A stretch of 64,000 bases of DNA, from NCBI GenBank assembly GCA_035351315.1, contig DAOPVX010000002.1, positions 23,717-87,716 on the forward strand. The letters run 5' to 3'. Below, piece by piece: positions 9,570 through 18,145 of this stretch (position 1 is the first letter of the stretch; each line of letters opens with the position of its first letter). The notes beneath the pieces are model-generated. The model did no database searches. It was not told the DNA's origin and worked only from the letters and a program-made list of their open reading frames with translations. The DNA is from a bacterium. GTDB lineage: Bacteria; Patescibacteriota; Patescibacteriia; Patescibacteriales; Patescibacteriaceae. The translations under genes were made by a program, and so were the position numbers.

Positions 9570-11270
9570 ATGAACGGTTATTATTATCAGGATATAACTT
9601 CAAAATTAGCTGACTTAATTAATCAGCAATTACCAGAACCGCTGGTTCAGGCGGATGATATTGTTATTCCGCCGCAAGCCGATATGGGCGATTTAAGTTG
9701 GCCCTGTTTTCAGGCGGCTAAACAGCTGGGGATTGCTCCAGGCGTTTTGGCGCAAGATTTGGTTGCTAAATTGGCAACTGGTAATAATCCGATGATTTCC
9801 GGCTGGCAAGCCGCTGGTCCATATTTAAATATTAATTTATCGCCACAATTATTAGCTGAGAAAGTTTTAACCGAGATTAATCAAGAAAAAGAAAACTATG
9901 GTCGTTCGGCAGAGGGTCAGTCGAAGCGAATTATGATTGAATATTCCAACGCCAATACCCACAAAGAGTATCATATCGGTCATCTGCGCAATCTGTTTTT
10001 TGGCGACAGTGTCCAGCGAATCTTAAATTTTGTCGGTTATCAGGCTATTCCCGTATCCTATTTAAATGATTTTGGGGTTCATGTCGCCAAGGTTTTGTGG
10101 AAACTGAGTCAACAGCCAGCTGAACAGATAATTCCGGATAATCGCGGTTATTACTTGGGGCAGCTCTATGCTCAAGCGAGTCAGGAATTACCCAATGATC
10201 CAGTCGGTCAGGGCTTGGTCGGGGCGATTATGAAACGCTTGGAAGCCAAACAGCAGCCGGAATATGGCCGGTGGCAAGAAACTCGCCAATGGAGCGTTGA
10301 TCAGTTCAATGATATTTACCGTCAGCTGGATATTCATTTTGACCAGACCTTCTTTGAAAGCGATTATTTGGATGACGGCCGTCAATTAGTCGAGAAAATG
10401 CTAGCTGCCGGCCAATTAGAAAAAAGTCAAGGCGCTGTTTTGGCTAATTTGGAAAATGAAAAACTGGGCGTTTTATTATTTTTACGCAGTGATGGCACCA
10501 CTCTTTATCCGGTGGCTGATTTGCCGCTGGCTCAGGACAAATTCAAGCAATACCAATTAGCCGAATCATGGTATGTGATTGATGAGCGGCAGAGTCTGTA
10601 TTTTCAGCAATTAGCCGCTGTTTTACGTCGTTTAGGTATTAACCAACCGATTCGTCATTTGTCTTACAGTTTTGTTAAATTACCAACCGGCATGATGGCT
10701 TCACGCCAAGGCAATATTATTACTTATGAACAGCTCAAACAGGATTTATTGAATAAAGAATTGGCCGAGATTAAGCAGCGGCATGCCGATTGGTCTGAAG
10801 AGCAATGTCAGCAGGTTGCTTGGCAAGTAGTGGTTGGCGCGTTAAAATTTGAAATGGTTAAAGTTGGCCCGGATAAGCCGATTACTTTTGATCTTAATCA
10901 AGCTTTGAGTTTTGACGGCTATACGGCTGCCTATATTCAATATGCAGCTGTTCGTTTAGCGGCTATCCAGCGGCAAGCCGCTTGGCCGAAATCGTTGGTT
11001 GTTCCCATCGCGCCCATTGAGGAAAAAACCATTTTATTGACAGCGGCTCAGTTTAATCAGGTTATTAGCCAAGCAGCTCACCAGGCTGATCCGTCAATAT
11101 TGGCTAAATATTTATTTAATTTAGCTCGGCAATTTAATGATTATTATCAGCGCGTGCGGATTATCGGTTCCCAGGAACAAGCTTTCCGTTTACATCTAGT
11201 AGCGGCCATCCGCCAAGTTTTAGATAATGGTCTTAGGCTTTTGGGTATCCAGGCGCCAGACCTAATGTAA
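9570..11270 (+). CDS. argS: Arginine--tRNA ligase
   Basis: SNANTHKEYHIGHLRN (HIGH) and a C-terminal DALR-type anticodon-binding region ending in M. ATG 9570 is preferred to TTG 9558. Confidence 0.9.
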   Translation: MNGYYYQDITSKLADLINQQLPEPLVQADDIVIPPQADMGDLSWPCFQAAKQLGIAPGVLAQDLVAKLATGNNPMISGWQAAGPYLNINLSPQLLAEKVLTEINQEKENYGRSAEGQSKRIMIEYSNANTHKEYHIGHLRNLFFGDSVQRILNFVGYQAIPVSYLNDFGVHVAKVLWKLSQQPAEQIIPDNRGYYLGQLYAQASQELPNDPVGQGLVGAIMKRLEAKQQPEYGRWQETRQWSVDQFNDIYRQLDIHFDQTFFESDYLDDGRQLVEKMLAAGQLEKSQGAVLANLENEKLGVLLFLRSDGTTLYPVADLPLAQDKFKQYQLAESWYVIDERQSLYFQQLAAVLRRLGINQPIRHLSYSFVKLPTGMMASRQGNIITYEQLKQDLLNKELAEIKQRHADWSEEQCQQVAWQVVVGALKFEMVKVGPDKPITFDLNQALSFDGYTAAYIQYAAVRLAAIQRQAAWPKSLVVPIAPIEEKTILLTAAQFNQVISQAAHQADPSILAKYLFNLARQFNDYYQRVRIIGSQEQAFRLHLVAAIRQVLDNGLRLLGIQAPDLM

Positions 11271-11274
11271 ATTT

Positions 11275-12300
11275 ATGTTACCCAATGAATTATTAGAACA
11301 ATTACGTTCCGAGCTAGCGATTGTCACTGACGAATCCGGGCTAGGCGTAGTGTGGCAGAAATATCTTGGCAAACAGGGTTTAATCAAAAAACAGGTTAAA
11401 GCGCTGTCAGCCTTAACGATTGAAGAAAAACGCCAACAAGGACCGGCCTGGCAAGCGGCTCAGCAGACCGCTCAGCAATTATTTGATGATCACTCAGCTG
11501 AATTGGCCGCGGTTAGCCGACAAGCGACTTGTCAGGCACAAGCTCAGACTATCGGTTTAAAACCGGTTAAGCTCGGCCATCTGCATCCGATTACTCAGAC
11601 CATTCGTCAGCTTAATGATTTATTTATTAAAATGGGCTATAGCGTTATGGAAGATCGAGAGATTGAAACTGACGAGTTTTGTTTTCAGCGCTTAAATGTC
11701 CCGATGGATCATCCGGCCCGCGACATGCAAGACACTTTTTATCTACAAGAGCCGAATATTTTATTACGGACCCAGACCTCATCGGTTGAGGCGCGGCTGC
11801 TGGCTAATTATCAGCCGCCTTTCAAGGTGGTTTGTCCGGGGCGCGTTTATCGCAATGAAACTGTTAACAAGAGTAACCATTTTATTTTTCATCACTACCA
11901 AGGGGTGGTTGTTATGAACAAAACTAGCTTAGCTGATTTGTTTGGCACTTTTACGGCTTTATTTCAGTCAGTTTATGGTCCGGAGGTGAAAATTCGTTTC
12001 CGCAATAAATATTATCCTGAAGTTGAGCCGGGTGTTGGGCCGGATATGCAATGTTTTAATTGCCAAGGCGCTGGCTGTCCAATTTGCAAAGGTGTTGGCT
12101 GGATTGAAATGGGTGGCGCCGGCTTGATTCATCCTAAAGTTTTAACTATGGCCGGGCTAGATCCGGAGCAGTGGCAAGGCTTTGCTTTTGGTCTCGGCCT
12201 TGATCGCTGGGCAATGGCTCGACACAATATTACAGATGTCCGTACCCTATTGGGCGGTAATTTAGGTTATAAACCCTACAGCCATGAAAATACTTTATAG
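11275..12300 (+). CDS. pheS: Phenylalanine--tRNA ligase alpha subunit
   Basis: HPARDMQDTFY, LRTQTS, RNE, the CFNCQGAGCPICKGVGWIEMGGAGLIHPKVL block and FAFGLGLDRWAM. Confidence 0.95.
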   Translation: MLPNELLEQLRSELAIVTDESGLGVVWQKYLGKQGLIKKQVKALSALTIEEKRQQGPAWQAAQQTAQQLFDDHSAELAAVSRQATCQAQAQTIGLKPVKLGHLHPITQTIRQLNDLFIKMGYSVMEDREIETDEFCFQRLNVPMDHPARDMQDTFYLQEPNILLRTQTSSVEARLLANYQPPFKVVCPGRVYRNETVNKSNHFIFHHYQGVVVMNKTSLADLFGTFTALFQSVYGPEVKIRFRNKYYPEVEPGVGPDMQCFNCQGAGCPICKGVGWIEMGGAGLIHPKVLTMAGLDPEQWQGFAFGLGLDRWAMARHNITDVRTLLGGNLGYKPYSHENTL

Positions 12301-14245
12301 TCAAATTAAACAATTAGTGCCCGGATTAGTGGCTACGCCGGCGGAAGTTGGCGAAGCCTTGACGATGACTGGGCTGATGCAAGAAAGCTTAACTGCGGTC
12401 AACTACAATGGCCAAGCCGATACCTTAATTGGTTTAGAAGTTCGTCAAAATAGAGCTGATTGTTTTTCGGTTTTAGGCATCGCCCGCGAAGTGGCGGCTT
12501 ATTTCAATTTGGCATTAAAATTGCCCGACCTTAAACCATGGTCGCCGACTAATTTTATTTTGCCAATTCGGATTGACACTGATCAAGTTCGCCGTGTTCG
12601 GGCAGTTAAGTTATCAGGAGCCGTTGCCAAGCCATCACCGCAATGGTTAGTTGATTACCTTAGTCTATATGAAATTAAGACTGTTAATCTAGCCGTTGAT
12701 TTATCCAATTATGTCATGATACTGACCGGCTATGCTTCGCATTTAATTGACTATGATCGACTAGATGGCGATGTTGTTTGGTCAGTTAACGATCGAGCTG
12801 TTAAAGTTACGACTTTAGATGGCAGTCAGATTGATTTAACTGGCGGCGAACTGTTAATTAGTGATCGTCGAGAAATTATTGCTTTAGCCGGTATTGTTGG
12901 TACTGATTACGCCGCCATCAAGCCGGAAACGACTAATATTTTACTAGAGATGGCGGCTTATAATCCCAGTTTAGTGCGGCAAAATTCGCGCCGTTTGCAT
13001 ATTGTCACCGAGGCTAGTAATAAGTTAGAAAAAGATTTGAGTTTAGCTAACCTAGATTACGCCTTTGATTTGTTAGTTAATTTATTGGTTGACCAAATTG
13101 GTGTTCAGGTCGCCAGCCAATTATTTGAATATTATCCTCAACCGACTCAACCGCTGGTTATTAAATTTGATCCGCAATTAGCGGCTCAGATGGGCGGTGT
13201 TGAGATTAGTTCACAGCAAAGTCAGCAAATATTACAGCAACTTGGTTTTGTTATTGACAACAAAAATAATCCATGGCTAGTAACCGTACCAGATTGGCGG
13301 ACTGACTTGGAGATGGCTCAAGATTTGGTAGAAGAAGTTTTACGGTTATATCGTTTTGATAAAATTCCAGCTATTTTACCCGCCCTGACCGTTACTCCAG
13401 AAATTACTTTGCCGTTGACCAAAGCTAAAGAACAGTGGCGAGATTGGCTAGTGGCTCAGGGCTGGGATGAGGTTTTGTCGTGGACGATGGTTACTAGAGC
13501 TAACAATCAAGAGGCCAATTATTTGCCGTGGTCAATAGCCAGCACCCAGAATGCCATCAATGAAGATTATCCTGATTTGCGGCAGACAATTCTGGCTAGT
13601 TTAATTCAACAAGCGCGTGAATATCTTAAAAAACAGGTGCCGGATTTACAAATTTTTGAAATTGGTAAAGTTTTTGGTCAAGTCGGTGATGACTATCAAG
13701 AAGCTGAACACCTTGGTTGGCTATTAGCCGGTCAAGATACGGTGGTGGAGCAATTGCGTCAGACAGTTGCCGGTTTTTTGGGTTGGGCTGGAGCCAAGCA
13801 GATAACTTGGTCTCAATTAGATAATATTCCGCCAGCCGGCAATCCTTACGCCGCTTGGCAGATTCAGCTGGCCGGTCAGTCTCTGGGTATTTTATGTCAA
13901 CTGATTGATGATTATAACGGACAAACTATGGTTGCCGCTGAGATTGATGCTAATCAATTAATCAATCATTTAATTAATGTCGGCAATTTTCCAGCCACCG
14001 TGGAGTTAACTCAGAAATTAATTAGTTTGGATGCCAATTTAGAATTAGACAATCGTCAAGCGTTGGACGCTGAACTAGCCGATATCACGGCTAAGGTCGG
14101 TTATGAAGGTTTGTGGAGCTTATCAGTAGTGGATGAATTTGCTCTGCCTAACGGCCGTTATCGCTATACGGTGCGGGCGGTCTATAAGGAATTAGACGAT
14201 CAGTCGGCTAAAAAATTACATTTACAAGTTTTTGGTTTAAATTAG
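12284..14245 (+). CDS. pheT: Phenylalanine--tRNA ligase beta subunit (short, 653 aa)
   Basis: It overlaps the pheS end by 17 nt. It has B3/4- and B5-like segments and a C-terminal FDX-ACB-like end (YRYTVRAVYKE). Confidence 0.85.
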   Translation: MKILYSQIKQLVPGLVATPAEVGEALTMTGLMQESLTAVNYNGQADTLIGLEVRQNRADCFSVLGIAREVAAYFNLALKLPDLKPWSPTNFILPIRIDTDQVRRVRAVKLSGAVAKPSPQWLVDYLSLYEIKTVNLAVDLSNYVMILTGYASHLIDYDRLDGDVVWSVNDRAVKVTTLDGSQIDLTGGELLISDRREIIALAGIVGTDYAAIKPETTNILLEMAAYNPSLVRQNSRRLHIVTEASNKLEKDLSLANLDYAFDLLVNLLVDQIGVQVASQLFEYYPQPTQPLVIKFDPQLAAQMGGVEISSQQSQQILQQLGFVIDNKNNPWLVTVPDWRTDLEMAQDLVEEVLRLYRFDKIPAILPALTVTPEITLPLTKAKEQWRDWLVAQGWDEVLSWTMVTRANNQEANYLPWSIASTQNAINEDYPDLRQTILASLIQQAREYLKKQVPDLQIFEIGKVFGQVGDDYQEAEHLGWLLAGQDTVVEQLRQTVAGFLGWAGAKQITWSQLDNIPPAGNPYAAWQIQLAGQSLGILCQLIDDYNGQTMVAAEIDANQLINHLINVGNFPATVELTQKLISLDANLELDNRQALDAELADITAKVGYEGLWSLSVVDEFALPNGRYRYTVRAVYKELDDQSAKKLHLQVFGLN

Positions 14246-14258
14246 CCAATATTAATTT

Positions 14259-14687
14259 ATGGGTTTATTACGATTAGCGCGGCGGATTATTGATTGGGCC
14301 TTTAAACAGTTCTATTCACCACAATTTGTGCGTTATTTTATTGTTGGCTGCAGCGCGGTGTTGCTAGATATGGCAACGCTTTATTGGCTGAAAACAATTA
14401 TCGGCTTGACTGCTGTTTGGTCAATTGTTATTAATCAATTGGCTATGTGTTCTTATGTTTTTTTACTAAACAAATATTGGGTCTTTGCTTCATCAGGCGC
14501 TTTTGCCCGTCAGGCGGTTCGTTATTTTTCATTGGCAGCCGCTAACTATCTGATTGCCATTTTTTGGATGTGGCTATTTAATGAACAGTTTGGTTTTAAT
14601 TATCTATTAGTCCGATTAGTTAATATTGCCTTATCAACCGTTTGGAATTTTTTGCTTTATCGGTTTTTTGTTTATGTTAAAAAATGA
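14259..14687 (+). CDS. GtrA-family membrane protein (polyprenol-linked sugar translocation)
   Basis: 142 aa with four TM helices. It has the FVRYFIVGCSAVLLD N-terminal and NFLLYRFFVY C-terminal signatures typical of GtrA. Confidence 0.75.
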   Translation: MGLLRLARRIIDWAFKQFYSPQFVRYFIVGCSAVLLDMATLYWLKTIIGLTAVWSIVINQLAMCSYVFLLNKYWVFASSGAFARQAVRYFSLAAANYLIAIFWMWLFNEQFGFNYLLVRLVNIALSTVWNFLLYRFFVYVKK

Positions 14688-14712
14688 TTAATAATAGCTA
14701 GTCCAATTTTGA

Positions 14713-14741
14713 TTGACAGCTAGTCATAGGCGTGCTATGAT
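14713..14741 (+). promoter_or_regulatory. Sigma70-like promoter for the KH-protein gene
   Basis: TTGACA (14713-14718), a 17-nt spacer, then TATGAT (14736-14741). Confidence 0.5.
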
Positions 14742-14791
14742 TTTGGCATAATGTTAGGTAGTTTAGCCTAATCTTAAGTAAAGTAAAAAGT

Positions 14792-15127
14792 ATGGAGCTT
14801 CATGACAAAGAGTTTTTAGAGTATGTTGTCAAGGCCATCGTCGGCAATCCGGAAGATGTTTCCGTTGACCGCACTGTTGACGAAATGGGCGTCCTGTTGA
14901 CCTTAAAAATTAATCCGGCCGACATGGGCTATGTTATTGGTCGTCGCGGCCAGACTGCGCAGGCTATCCGCACTTTATTAAAGATTGTCGGCGCCAAAAA
15001 TAGCGCCCGGGTTAACCTGAAGATTTATGATCCGAATGGCGGCCAGCGTCCGCATCGGGAGTTTCATCAGGAAAAACCAGTCGAGGAAAAGATTGACACT
15101 TCTTCAGTAGAAGATTTAGCCATCTAG
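14792..15127 (+). CDS. KH-domain RNA-binding protein (YlqC/UPF0109-like) with C-terminal extension
   Basis: VGNPEDV...GVLLTLKINPADMGYVIGRRGQTAQAIRTLL contains the KH GxxG loop. It sits next to trmD, as in rpsP-KH-rimM-trmD operons. Confidence 0.8.
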   Translation: MELHDKEFLEYVVKAIVGNPEDVSVDRTVDEMGVLLTLKINPADMGYVIGRRGQTAQAIRTLLKIVGAKNSARVNLKIYDPNGGQRPHREFHQEKPVEEKIDTSSVEDLAI

Positions 15128-15143
15128 TATCTGTACTCATAAC

Positions 15144-15177
15144 AAAAAGACCAGAATAATTCTGGTCTTTTTGTTTT
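15144..15177 (+). terminator. Rho-independent terminator after the KH-protein gene
   Basis: AAAAAGACCAGA (15144-15155), loop ATAAT, TCTGGTCTTTTT (15161-15172), then GTTTT. A TATAAT box follows at 15182-15187. Confidence 0.7.
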
Positions 15178-15194
15178 ATGCTATAATAGTGCAT

Positions 15195-15854
15195 ATGTTA
15201 TTCCAAATTATTACAGTTTTGCCCGAGGCTTTTGGTTATTTAGAGCAATCAATTATTGGTCGCGGCCAACAGCAGGGCCATTTTCAAGTAAAAATTCATG
15301 ATTTGCGAAATTGGTCGCTTAATCAACAGCGGCGAGTTGATGATACGCCCTATGGCGGTGGTCCGGGTATGGTGATGCAAGTTGAGCCGATTGCTCAAGT
15401 GCTGAAAGCTATTAAAACTAAACATAAACACAAAAAAATAGTTCTGCTATCGGCTAAAGGTAAAACATGGACCCAAGCGCGAGCTCGTCAGTATAGTAAA
15501 TTAGATGAGGTGGTGCTGATTTGCGGTCGCTATGAAGGGGTGGATGAACGAGTTAATAATTTAATTGATGAAGAAATCTCTATCGGTAATTATGTCCTAA
15601 CCGGCGGCGAGCTGGGGGCGATGATTATACTTGATTCCATCGCTCGCCTTTTGCCCGGCGTTTTAGGTAATGCCGATAGTCTGCTCCAAGAATCTCATAG
15701 TCGGGTTGGTCAATTAGAATATCCGCAGTATACTAAGCCTGAAGTTGTTAATTTAGCTGGCATAGATTATGCTGTGCCCGAGATTTTACTGTCGGGCAAT
15801 CACCAAGAGATTGCTAAATGGCGTCAGGCGCAGATGAAAAGAATAAAAAAATAG
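15195..15854 (+). CDS. trmD: tRNA (guanine37-N1)-methyltransferase
   Basis: MLFQIITVLPEAF start, VDDTPYGGGPGMVM, RYEGVDERV, YVLTGGE and LLSGNHQEIAKWR. ATG 15195 is preferred to the listed 15171. Confidence 0.93.
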   Translation: MLFQIITVLPEAFGYLEQSIIGRGQQQGHFQVKIHDLRNWSLNQQRRVDDTPYGGGPGMVMQVEPIAQVLKAIKTKHKHKKIVLLSAKGKTWTQARARQYSKLDEVVLICGRYEGVDERVNNLIDEEISIGNYVLTGGELGAMIILDSIARLLPGVLGNADSLLQESHSRVGQLEYPQYTKPEVVNLAGIDYAVPEILLSGNHQEIAKWRQAQMKRIKK

Positions 15855-15889
15855 AGCAGATGCCGTATGGCAGAGCTGCTCTTTGTTTC
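15853..15889. terminator. Hairpin between convergent trmD and the HD-domain gene
   Basis: AGAGCAG (15853-15859) pairs with CTGCTCT (15876-15882), with an inner TGCC/GGCA pair. TTGTTTCT follows. Confidence 0.5.
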
Positions 15890-15899
15890 TAAATTGTTG

Positions 15900-17060
15900 T
15901 TAGGTGGCCAGCATATCATGCAGGCCACTGCCTAGTATTGGTAGGTTTTTGGGGAGTTGAGCAATCCGCTCGTCTCCCAATTCCTGGCGCATAAAGCGGA
16001 TTTGCGCCCGAGTGTGTTCTCGGGCCAGGTTGAGCCCTTTTAGCCAGGCAGTTTTTAGGGGCTCGTCCAGGTTCATAAGGTTATACATGACGACCTTAGC
16101 TTCGTTGAGGCCGTCAAAATAGGTTACTTTTTCCACCAGCCATTTTTCCACGGCCAGTTGGTAGCTTTCACCACCGGTGTTGCCGGTGATGAATCTATTA
16201 TAAATCTCATTAATTATATCCATCAGCCAAGGGGCGTAAGTTGTTAACACCCGGCGGACATCGCCGTAGTGATAACGGTTCAGCTGACTATGTGTCAGTT
16301 GGTTGTTAGCCAAGGCGGTAAAATGCCGCAGGGCTGATCCGGTTGGGAATTGCCCGTCGACATATTTGATCACCCCTAGCTGATTAATGAAGACGTAGTT
16401 GATGACGTCCCAGATATTAATCAAATATCGGCCTACGAAGAAGCCACTGACACAGTCAGCCTGGTCAATGGCCTTGGTGACATCGCTAGCCACCAGGACC
16501 TCTCCGTTGGGAGCTAGTGTCGGATAGGGAGCCAGCTTATATTCTTGACCACCGACTAACACTGTTCTGTCCTCAGTGTAGAAGGTGTGAGCGGCGGCAC
16601 TAAAGACGGCCATGCCGGCCGCATAAGGATTTTTGGCCGTGAAGCCGATATGTCTAAGGCATAGCCTTAGTAAATATCCGCCAATATCGGCATGGCCGAT
16701 ATTGTTTTTTTCGGCACAGTTATAGGTGCCGACCGCTAGGTCATGGGTCAGTCCAGCGATTGCCGCCGCCAAGGCATCGTCGGGATGCATTGGGGTGCCG
16801 GGCAGCATAATTAGGGTGTTTAAAACATCCCTAATAATATGTCCACGGCCATGAGCGGCCGTGAAGTTTGAGGAAAACCCACAATCCTTATACCAGTTTA
16901 GTATTTCTGGTAGCCATTGCTTGAAATCTTGCAATGGGCCTTGAGAAACTGGGTTGGTTGGTTTTCTATTACAAAGTCGGGGAAGATCACTTTGGATCTT
17001 CTGGACAAACTGGATGACCTCCAGTTTGAACTGGTCATCGCTAAAAAAGATTTGTTTCAT
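15900..17060 (-). CDS. HD-domain protein (putative metal-dependent phosphohydrolase) with a large uncharacterised C-terminal region
   Basis: AAHGRGHIIRD ... GLTHDLAV ... IGHADIGGYLL matches the H..HD..H metal-ligand pattern. It has a GGAG Shine-Dalgarno 6 nt before the ATG. G+C is clearly higher than in the neighbours. Confidence 0.65.
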   Translation of the reverse strand: MKQIFFSDDQFKLEVIQFVQKIQSDLPRLCNRKPTNPVSQGPLQDFKQWLPEILNWYKDCGFSSNFTAAHGRGHIIRDVLNTLIMLPGTPMHPDDALAAAIAGLTHDLAVGTYNCAEKNNIGHADIGGYLLRLCLRHIGFTAKNPYAAGMAVFSAAAHTFYTEDRTVLVGGQEYKLAPYPTLAPNGEVLVASDVTKAIDQADCVSGFFVGRYLINIWDVINYVFINQLGVIKYVDGQFPTGSALRHFTALANNQLTHSQLNRYHYGDVRRVLTTYAPWLMDIINEIYNRFITGNTGGESYQLAVEKWLVEKVTYFDGLNEAKVVMYNLMNLDEPLKTAWLKGLNLAREHTRAQIRFMRQELGDERIAQLPKNLPILGSGLHDMLAT

Positions 17061-17160
17061 TTTTTTCTCCTTTTTTCAATTGTTTATGTGCGTTTATGTG
17101 CTTTGTTTAGTATTAACCAGACCCACCATTAAAACACACAGGATTATAGTTGTCAATTTT

Positions 17161-17195
17161 AAATAGCCTCTCTAGATATACCAGAAAGGCTATTT
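17161..17195. other. 9-bp stem hairpin immediately 3' of tRNA-Leu
   Basis: AAATAGCCT (17161-17169) pairs with AGGCTATTT (17187-17195) around a 17-nt loop. It lies 6 nt beyond the tRNA 3' end on the minus strand. Confidence 0.35.
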
Positions 17196-17201
17196 TGCCT
17201 G

Positions 17202-17285
17202 TACCTCGGGAGAGGCTCGAACTCTCATGAGATCACTCCCACACGATTTTGAGTCGTGCGCGTCTACCAGTTCCGCCACCGAGGC
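17202..17285 (-). tRNA. tRNA-Leu(CAA), CCA not encoded
   Basis: The reverse complement reads GCCTCGGTGGCGGAACTGGTAGACGCGCACGACTCAAAATCGTGTGGGAGTGATCTCATGAGAGTTCGAGCCTCTCCCGAGGTA. Anticodon arm is CACGA-CTCAAAA-TCGTG, with a long variable arm and T arm GAGAG-TTCGAGC-CTCTC. Confidence 0.92.
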
Positions 17286-17317
17286 AACGAAAGCTATTAT
17301 AGGTTAGCTGATAAAAA

Positions 17318-17346
17318 TTGTCAAAAAATTGGCAATCAGTTATACT
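17318..17346 (+). promoter_or_regulatory. Sigma70-like promoter for parAB
   Basis: TTGTCA (17318-17323), a 17-nt spacer, then TATACT (17341-17346). Confidence 0.45.
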
Positions 17347-17371
17347 AAAGCAGTAATCATAGCTAGCCATC

Positions 17372-18130
17372 ATGACTAAAATAATCGCTATTGTCAATCA
17401 GAAGGGCGGTGTTGGTAAAACAACGACCGCTGTTAATTTGGCGGCCTATTTAGCTCAGGCCAAACGCCGTGTACTACTAATTGATATTGATCCGCAGGCT
17501 AATGCCACCTCTGGCTCCGGTCTGATTTCAGCTAGCCAAGCTACCGGTCTTTATGAAGCTTTGGTTGGCCAGCAAACTATGGCTGATATTATTATTGATT
17601 CGCCGGCCGGTTATCGGGTCGCGCCAGCCACCATCAACTTAGCTGGCGCCGGTGTTGAATTGGTTAATCTGCCGGAGCGAGAATTTCGTTTGGCCAAAGT
17701 CGTGGACGAAGTGCGGACTGATTTTGATTATATTATTATTGACGGTCCGCCGTCATTGGGCTTGTTAACCATCAACAGCTTGGTCGCTGCCAGTCATGTG
17801 TTAATTCCGGTTCAAGCTGAATATTATGCTCTGGAAGGATTAAAACAATTATTAGATACCATCAATTTAATCCAAACTCATATTAAGCCCAATTTGGGAA
17901 TTTTGGGAGCAGTGATAACGATGTATGATCAGCGTAATCGTCTGGCCCGGGCCGTAGTAAAAGAATTGGAGCAGTTTTTCCCTAATCGGGTCTTTAAAAG
18001 TATTATACCGCGGAATGTTCGTTTAGCTGAAGCCCCTAGTTATGGTCAAACAATTGTTGAATATGATCGTCATTCCAGTGGTAGTCAAGCTTATCAGGCC
18101 TTGGCCAAAGAAATTTTAGCTTTAGAATAA
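17372..18130 (+). CDS. parA: Chromosome-partitioning ATPase ParA/Soj
   Basis: Deviant Walker A NQKGGVGKTTT, DIDPQANAT, IIDGPPSLG and VPRNVRLAEAPSYG. Confidence 0.93.
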   Translation: MTKIIAIVNQKGGVGKTTTAVNLAAYLAQAKRRVLLIDIDPQANATSGSGLISASQATGLYEALVGQQTMADIIIDSPAGYRVAPATINLAGAGVELVNLPEREFRLAKVVDEVRTDFDYIIIDGPPSLGLLTINSLVAASHVLIPVQAEYYALEGLKQLLDTINLIQTHIKPNLGILGAVITMYDQRNRLARAVVKELEQFFPNRVFKSIIPRNVRLAEAPSYGQTIVEYDRHSSGSQAYQALAKEILALE

Positions 18131-18145
18131 TTTTATTATAACGAT

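Noticed and set aside
15855-17201. Direct repeat of the tRNA-Leu 3' end (att site) delimiting the HD islet
   Set aside because: Comparing the tRNA 3' segment (TTCGAGCCTCTCCCGAGGTA) with the far flank (15855-15899) showed no match, so a recent integrase-mediated insertion is not demonstrable.
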